DNA of 64,000 nt from Candidatus Latescibacterota bacterium (GTDB lineage Bacteria > Latescibacterota > UBA2968): contig OZ242010.1 of assembly GCA_965204745.1 (NCBI GenBank), forward strand, positions 4,544,001 through 4,608,000, read 5' to 3'. The translations under genes and the position numbers were made by a program. Positions 59,631-64,000 of the stretch are shown in pieces (the stretch's first letter is position 1; each line of letters begins with the position of its first letter). Under the pieces are notes generated by a model. It saw nothing but the letters and a program-made list of their open reading frames with translations, was not told the DNA's origin and made no database searches.

Positions 59631-59830
59631 TTTGTCGCTCCTCCCGAGGGGGGGGGGGGGGGGGGGGGGTACACTGTACTGATCAGCCTAACAGATTGTT
59701 TTGCAATGAAATAGAACCACACGCCAAGACGAGAATCGGCGACATGAACGCCCGTTTTCGCGGTGGGACAAGCGGTAAAAACATAGGGCCAAATGATGTT
59801 CAAACAGCGGCTGAAAATGGTGGGAATCAT
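59627..59830 (-). CDS. Leader ORF homologous to the extended signal region of the 36245 gene, containing a C22 tract
   Basis: GVHVADSRLGVWFYFIAKQSV vs GVHVAHPRLGVPFYFIANQSV; AAAGGAGG SD; G22 at 59648-59669. Confidence 0.75.
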   Translation of the reverse strand: MIPTIFSRCLNIIWPYVFTACPTAKTGVHVADSRLGVWFYFIAKQSVRLISTVYPPPPPPPSGGATK

Positions 59831-59996
59831 CTGGAGCCTCCTTTGCAAAAGTTGTCGCACAGACCGGGCGCGGCTTTTCCTCCGCGCTCAAAATCGAAAT
59901 AGCGAATGGGTAAAAAATTAAAAATTACGCTGTTGTTTGTCAAGTGGTAAAATGACGATGGGATCGGTGGCCAGTCAAGCGAGAAGGACAGGCGAG

Positions 59997-60479
59997 GGGG
60001 ACCTACCCCCTGGCCCCCTTCCTAAGAGGAAGGGGGAACTGTGAGCGGTTTTGCGAGGGATTGTGTGTAAGGGTTTTTAGATTTTCATGGCGTGATCCAT
60101 TCGCGCAAAGCCATCAAAACAGCCAGGGATACAAACCTTCAAGAAAGCCATGCGCTCCCCCTTTCCGCGTAGGCACAGGCGTAGCCTACAATGAGCGAAG
60201 CGAATAACGGGGGCCGGGGGGATAGGGCTATGGCGGCGGGGCGTGCGAAGAACACAGCGGATGTGAAGGACGAAGCGGCGGTAGGGTGGTGGGTGGATCT
60301 TGCCTCTTACTTCTTGCCTCTTACTTGGGGAAAGGGCTTGCGGTTGGGCGGATGGGCACGCACAGGTGGCATCGAAGGTAGCAAACGAGGGGGCAGGACC
60401 AAACGCCTTAAATGAGCAAGCAACACATTTGCTACTCTGTGCGTAACGTTAAATAAAAAAATAAAATGTCAACAGAACC
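59997..60479. repeat. REPIN-like element, heptamer repeats and MITE right-end fragment
   Basis: Shared cores; ...AAATGTCAACAGAACC|TA at 60464-60481. Confidence 0.8.
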
Positions 60480-61429
60480 TAGCAAATACGCGACAAAAAC
60501 AGCGACAAAAACGCTTTGGCGTGGGCGTGCATCACGCAATCGACAGGCGTTCCAAGACGCCCTTTTGCGGGTGCATCTCGGCGGTCGGCCACCACTTGAC
60601 CCAACGTCAGATCGCCCGATGTTTCCACATCGACAGCCACGGTCTCTATCGCCATCAAGTCGGGTGCGATAGCCGCGCCCACGGCGAGGGGATCGTGCAA
60701 ATACACAATCGGCTCTCGCCCGCTGTGGCGATAGCGTGCGCGCATATCCCGCGTGGCATCCACGACAAATTGAGACCTCGCGGTATTCAAAGGCGCGATG
60801 TGGTTCTCGATATCCGATTCGCGCAATACGACTCGATGGGTCGCATCTAAGGGCGCGATGATGAGCGCCGCGCCCGAATGGATAACCCGTCGCGCCGCGT
60901 GGGGATCCGCATAAAAATTGAACTCTGCCACAGGGGTTACATTTCCCGGTTCGGCTATCGCGCCCCCCATCGCGATGACCTGCTTTGCCTTTTGAAGCAC
61001 CCCGGGCACGCGCTGTTCGGCCAGTGCCAAATTCGTCAGCGGGCCAACGGCAATGACGATGACCTCGCCCGGTTGATCGGACAGGGTCTGCACCAAAAAA
61101 TCAACCGCATGCACGCCCCTCCCCGTCTGCTGGTTCGCATCGAGCTCTGGCAACACGGCTCGCCCCATCCCGGTTTTTCCGTGAACATGGGTCGCAACCA
61201 CGGGATCGCGTTTTAGGGGCCGGTCCGCACCGGCAAAAACAGGGACATCCATCCGTCTCAACAGATGGAGCACCCCCCGTGCATTGCGCGTGCCAACATC
61301 TAAGGGCACATTGCCACTCACCGTACAAATTCCCACCACATCCAACTCTGGCGACCGCAACGCCAGCATCATCGCCAGCGCGTCGTCCACGCCGGGATCC
61401 GTATCCAAAATTACGGGTTGCTCGGTCAA
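60479..61429 (-). CDS. Nucleoside hydrolase (IUNH family)
   Basis: ILDTDPGVDDA, VGPLTNLA, AEFNFYADP, LHDPLA; probable TTG start after GAGGA. Confidence 0.93.
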   Translation of the reverse strand: MTEQPVILDTDPGVDDALAMMLALRSPELDVVGICTVSGNVPLDVGTRNARGVLHLLRRMDVPVFAGADRPLKRDPVVATHVHGKTGMGRAVLPELDANQQTGRGVHAVDFLVQTLSDQPGEVIVIAVGPLTNLALAEQRVPGVLQKAKQVIAMGGAIAEPGNVTPVAEFNFYADPHAARRVIHSGAALIIAPLDATHRVVLRESDIENHIAPLNTARSQFVVDATRDMRARYRHSGREPIVYLHDPLAVGAAIAPDLMAIETVAVDVETSGDLTLGQVVADRRDAPAKGRLGTPVDCVMHAHAKAFLSLFLSRIC

Positions 61430-61470
61430 AAGTCGTTCCTCGGTTTGGTGGTCAGCGATCAGCAAAATTA

Positions 61471-61843
61471 GGTTGTGTTGACATTTTATTTTTTTGATGT
61501 TACGTACAGATTAGCAAATGTGTTGCTTGCTCATTTAAGGCGTTTGGTCCTACAGCCTCGTTTGTTGCCTTCGATGCCTTCGGCGACCTACTTTTTTTCA
61601 ACAGCAAAAAAAGTAAGCAAAAAATGCCGCTCTCAAACGCCGAGGGGCTTGCACAGCGCAAATCGCTTTTGTAACAGAACGATATACGCCAGCCTGCAAA
61701 GTGGGTTGCAAGATGGACGTGGGTTGCCAATGGACTTGCGCGCTGTGCGTGATGGCTTGATCGGAGGGGTTTTTGCGAGGGTACTTGATTTGATGCCTTC
61801 TTTGAACTGCGGAACGTCAGGGCTTGATTTTCTCGATAAACCC
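61471..61843. mobile_element. Truncated inverted copy of the 48747 MITE
   Basis: TA|GGTTGTGTTGACATTT; reverse-complement homology to about 48785-49247. Confidence 0.85.
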
Positions 61844-61861
61844 CTCCGTGCGTACCCATCT

Positions 61862-63370
61862 CTAAATCCCATACAGCGATTCGTACTTTGCGTGCAAGTG
61901 CCGCATTAGAGGGGCGTGGGTCAGGGGCTTTCCCGTTACCACTTCGACCAGATCGCCTGCGCGGTAGCGTTGGCCTTGCGAATAGATCTTATCCGTCAGC
62001 CAATTTTTCAGCGGTTCAAAATTGCCTTCGGCAAACTGGGCATTCAAATCGCCGACATCTTCGCGTGCTTGTTCAAAAAACTGCGCCGCGTACAAATTGC
62101 CCAGTGCGTAGGTTGGAAAATACCCAATGCCACCCCCGCTCCAGTGAACATCTTGCAAACAGCCGAGCGCGTCGTTTGGCGGAGTTAGGCCCAAGTATTT
62201 TTCAAACGTCTCATTCCAAACCCCCGGCACGTCTTCGGCTTTTAGTCCGCCGTCTATCAGGGCCTGTTCGATTTCAAAACGCAGCATGATGTGCAAATTG
62301 TACGTGGCTTCATCGGCTTCCACGCGGATAAACGAGGGCGCGACCGCATTGACTGCCGCGTAAAAATCGCCTTCGGAGACCCCGCGTAGCGCGGTTGGGA
62401 ATGCGTCTTGTACTTTGGCAAAAAAGCAGGTCCAAAACCCCCGGCTACGCCCGACAAAATTCTCCCACATGCGCGACTGGGACTCGTGAATGCCCAGAGA
62501 GACCGACTCGCCCATCGGCGTGCCGTAACGCGCTTCGCTCAATCCCTGATCGTAAATCCCGTGCCCGGCTTCGTGCAGGGTGCTGAAAAATGCCTCGGAG
62601 AAGAAGCGCGGATTGTACCGCGTGGTCAACCGCGTGTCCCCCGGCCCAATGCCGCTGCAAAACGGATGCGTGGTGATGTCCAAACGCCCGCGGTCAAAAT
62701 CGAACCCGATCTGCGCCGCCGCCCATTTGCCAACCGCTTCCTGTTGCCCAATGGGATACTCGCGCCTTAAAATGGCTTCATCGGGTTTTTTCTCGGAGTC
62801 GGCAATCGCGCCCACCAGTTCGACCAATTCGTCTCGCAAGGCGGAGAAAATCCGCGTCAAATTTTCAGTGGTTTCCCCGGGTTCGTAATCGTCCAACAGC
62901 GCGTCATAAGTGGTCGCGCCCGTGCCCAGTGCAGCGGCTTCGCGGCGTTTTAAGTCGAGCACGGTTTGCAGATGGGGTTGAAACAGGGCGTAATCCGATT
63001 TTGTGCGTGCGTCTCGCCACACCTGTTGCGCCATGGTCGTGACCCGTGCGAGTTCTTCGACCAGGGATCGGGGCAATTTGACGGCCCGCTCATAGCCCCT
63101 GCGAATTTCGCGCACGTTGACCGCTGCTTCGGAATGCGGTTCATGCGCCTCCGCGTCGATCTCTGCGAGCCACTCGCCGATTTGCGGCGCGGTTGCGCGC
63201 TCGTGCATCATGCCCACCAACAAGGCGAGTTGCTCCGCGCGATGCGCGGCTCCGCCCTTGGGCATGTACGTGCGCTCGTCCCACCCCAACACGCCAGCGC
63301 ATGATCCCAACAGGGCGATCTGTTTCACTTCTGCAATCAACCGCTGATACGCGGATTTGACATCGGCCAT
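61862..63370 (-). CDS. Carboxypeptidase Taq (M32)
   Basis: HPFC, LHEAGHGIYDQG, HESQS, IRVEADE, GCLQDVHW, GYFPTYALG. Confidence 0.96.
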   Translation of the reverse strand: MADVKSAYQRLIAEVKQIALLGSCAGVLGWDERTYMPKGGAAHRAEQLALLVGMMHERATAPQIGEWLAEIDAEAHEPHSEAAVNVREIRRGYERAVKLPRSLVEELARVTTMAQQVWRDARTKSDYALFQPHLQTVLDLKRREAAALGTGATTYDALLDDYEPGETTENLTRIFSALRDELVELVGAIADSEKKPDEAILRREYPIGQQEAVGKWAAAQIGFDFDRGRLDITTHPFCSGIGPGDTRLTTRYNPRFFSEAFFSTLHEAGHGIYDQGLSEARYGTPMGESVSLGIHESQSRMWENFVGRSRGFWTCFFAKVQDAFPTALRGVSEGDFYAAVNAVAPSFIRVEADEATYNLHIMLRFEIEQALIDGGLKAEDVPGVWNETFEKYLGLTPPNDALGCLQDVHWSGGGIGYFPTYALGNLYAAQFFEQAREDVGDLNAQFAEGNFEPLKNWLTDKIYSQGQRYRAGDLVEVVTGKPLTHAPLMRHLHAKYESLYGI

Positions 63371-63673
63371 TTTTCCTCCTCGTGGTAATTTTCATTGCGA
63401 TATACAACGCGGTAAATCTATATGGGCGAGATGGGATTTTAGCCACAAAAGGCACAAAAGGCACAAAAGGGGTACAACTGGCGATAGCCAGTTCAAAGGT
63501 GAACAATATGTGTAGGGGCGATGCCCCCGCGCTCGCCCAATATCAAAATCAGTGGTCAGTCTCCCACCCCTCAAGCAATCAAAACAGGGTAGCGGGAAGG
63601 GCTTGACAGAAAACGGTCACGCGCCCATCATGCGACATTCGCAACATGCGACATTCTCAACAGGAGGTCGACC

Positions 63674-64000
63674 ATGAAAATTGTGGACATCGAAGTCATC
63701 CCCATTGCCATGCCTTTGGCAAAACGCTATGACAACCACCACGGGCGCACGCGCATGTACGACATCGATCAGCACGTGGTGGTCAAAATTCACACGGACA
63801 ACGGCTTGATCGGCTATGGCGATTACGAAGACCGGCCCGCGATTGCGCCCGAAGAAATCGAACCGCTCATCGGGCGCAACCCCTTTGACTTTTTGCACAA
63901 CAATTTCAACCTGGCACTCGGCATGGCCCTCTACGATGTGATGGGCAAATACGTCGAAGTGCCCGCGTACAAACTCATGGGCCAAAAAGTGCGAGACGCC
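63674..64000 (+). CDS. Mandelate racemase/muconate lactonising enzyme family, runs off the window
   Basis: AGGAGG SD; MKIVDIEVIP...VKIHTDNGLIGYG...MALYDVMGKYVEVPAYKLMG. Confidence 0.88.
   Translation, partial: MKIVDIEVIPIAMPLAKRYDNHHGRTRMYDIDQHVVVKIHTDNGLIGYGDYEDRPAIAPEEIEPLIGRNPFDFLHNNFNLALGMALYDVMGKYVEVPAYKLMGQKVRDA

Noticed and set aside
60400-61843. Composite transposon carrying the nucleoside hydrolase
   Set aside because: Both MITE copies extend away from the gene and lack their outer ends, so the gene is not enclosed by a functional pair.

Overview
Bacterial window of moderately high GC. The futalosine genes, DUF6785-type membrane protein, giant YWTD/GLUG/dockerin-like surface proteins and very dense intergenic repeats suggest a Latescibacterota/Poribacteria/Gemmatimonadota-like host-associated lineage (inference only). 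Housekeeping and catabolic genes include enolase-family dehydratases, Gfo/Idh/MocA dehydrogenases, thiG-thiE-thiD-thiE, mqnB/mqnD, a LolC/E permease, glycosyltransferases, rsgA and an M32 peptidase. Main accessory signals: (1) a complete IS110 element whose bridge-RNA target and donor guides can all be read from the sequence and which is programmed against the genome's own heptamer repeats; (2) an AT-richer defence-like island (about 6.0-16.4 kb) with YefM-YoeB, a sigma54 promoter, a 31-aa hydrophobic peptide, two tandem ABC-ATPase(DUF3696-like)/PLD-like modules with a near-identical ATPase core but different tails and partners, a GIY-YIG protein and a frameshifted RtcR/CARF-like sigma54 activator; (3) an 18-repeat YWTD propeller-M8 protease gene with homogenised scaffold and hypervariable codons; (4) a poly-C(22) tract between a conserved leader and a 2202-aa surface protein; (5) an Rpn gene with an internal SD/ATG; (6) several MITE/REP/REPIN families. 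No CRISPR array, tRNA or rRNA was seen. All family calls come from motif recognition, not database searches.
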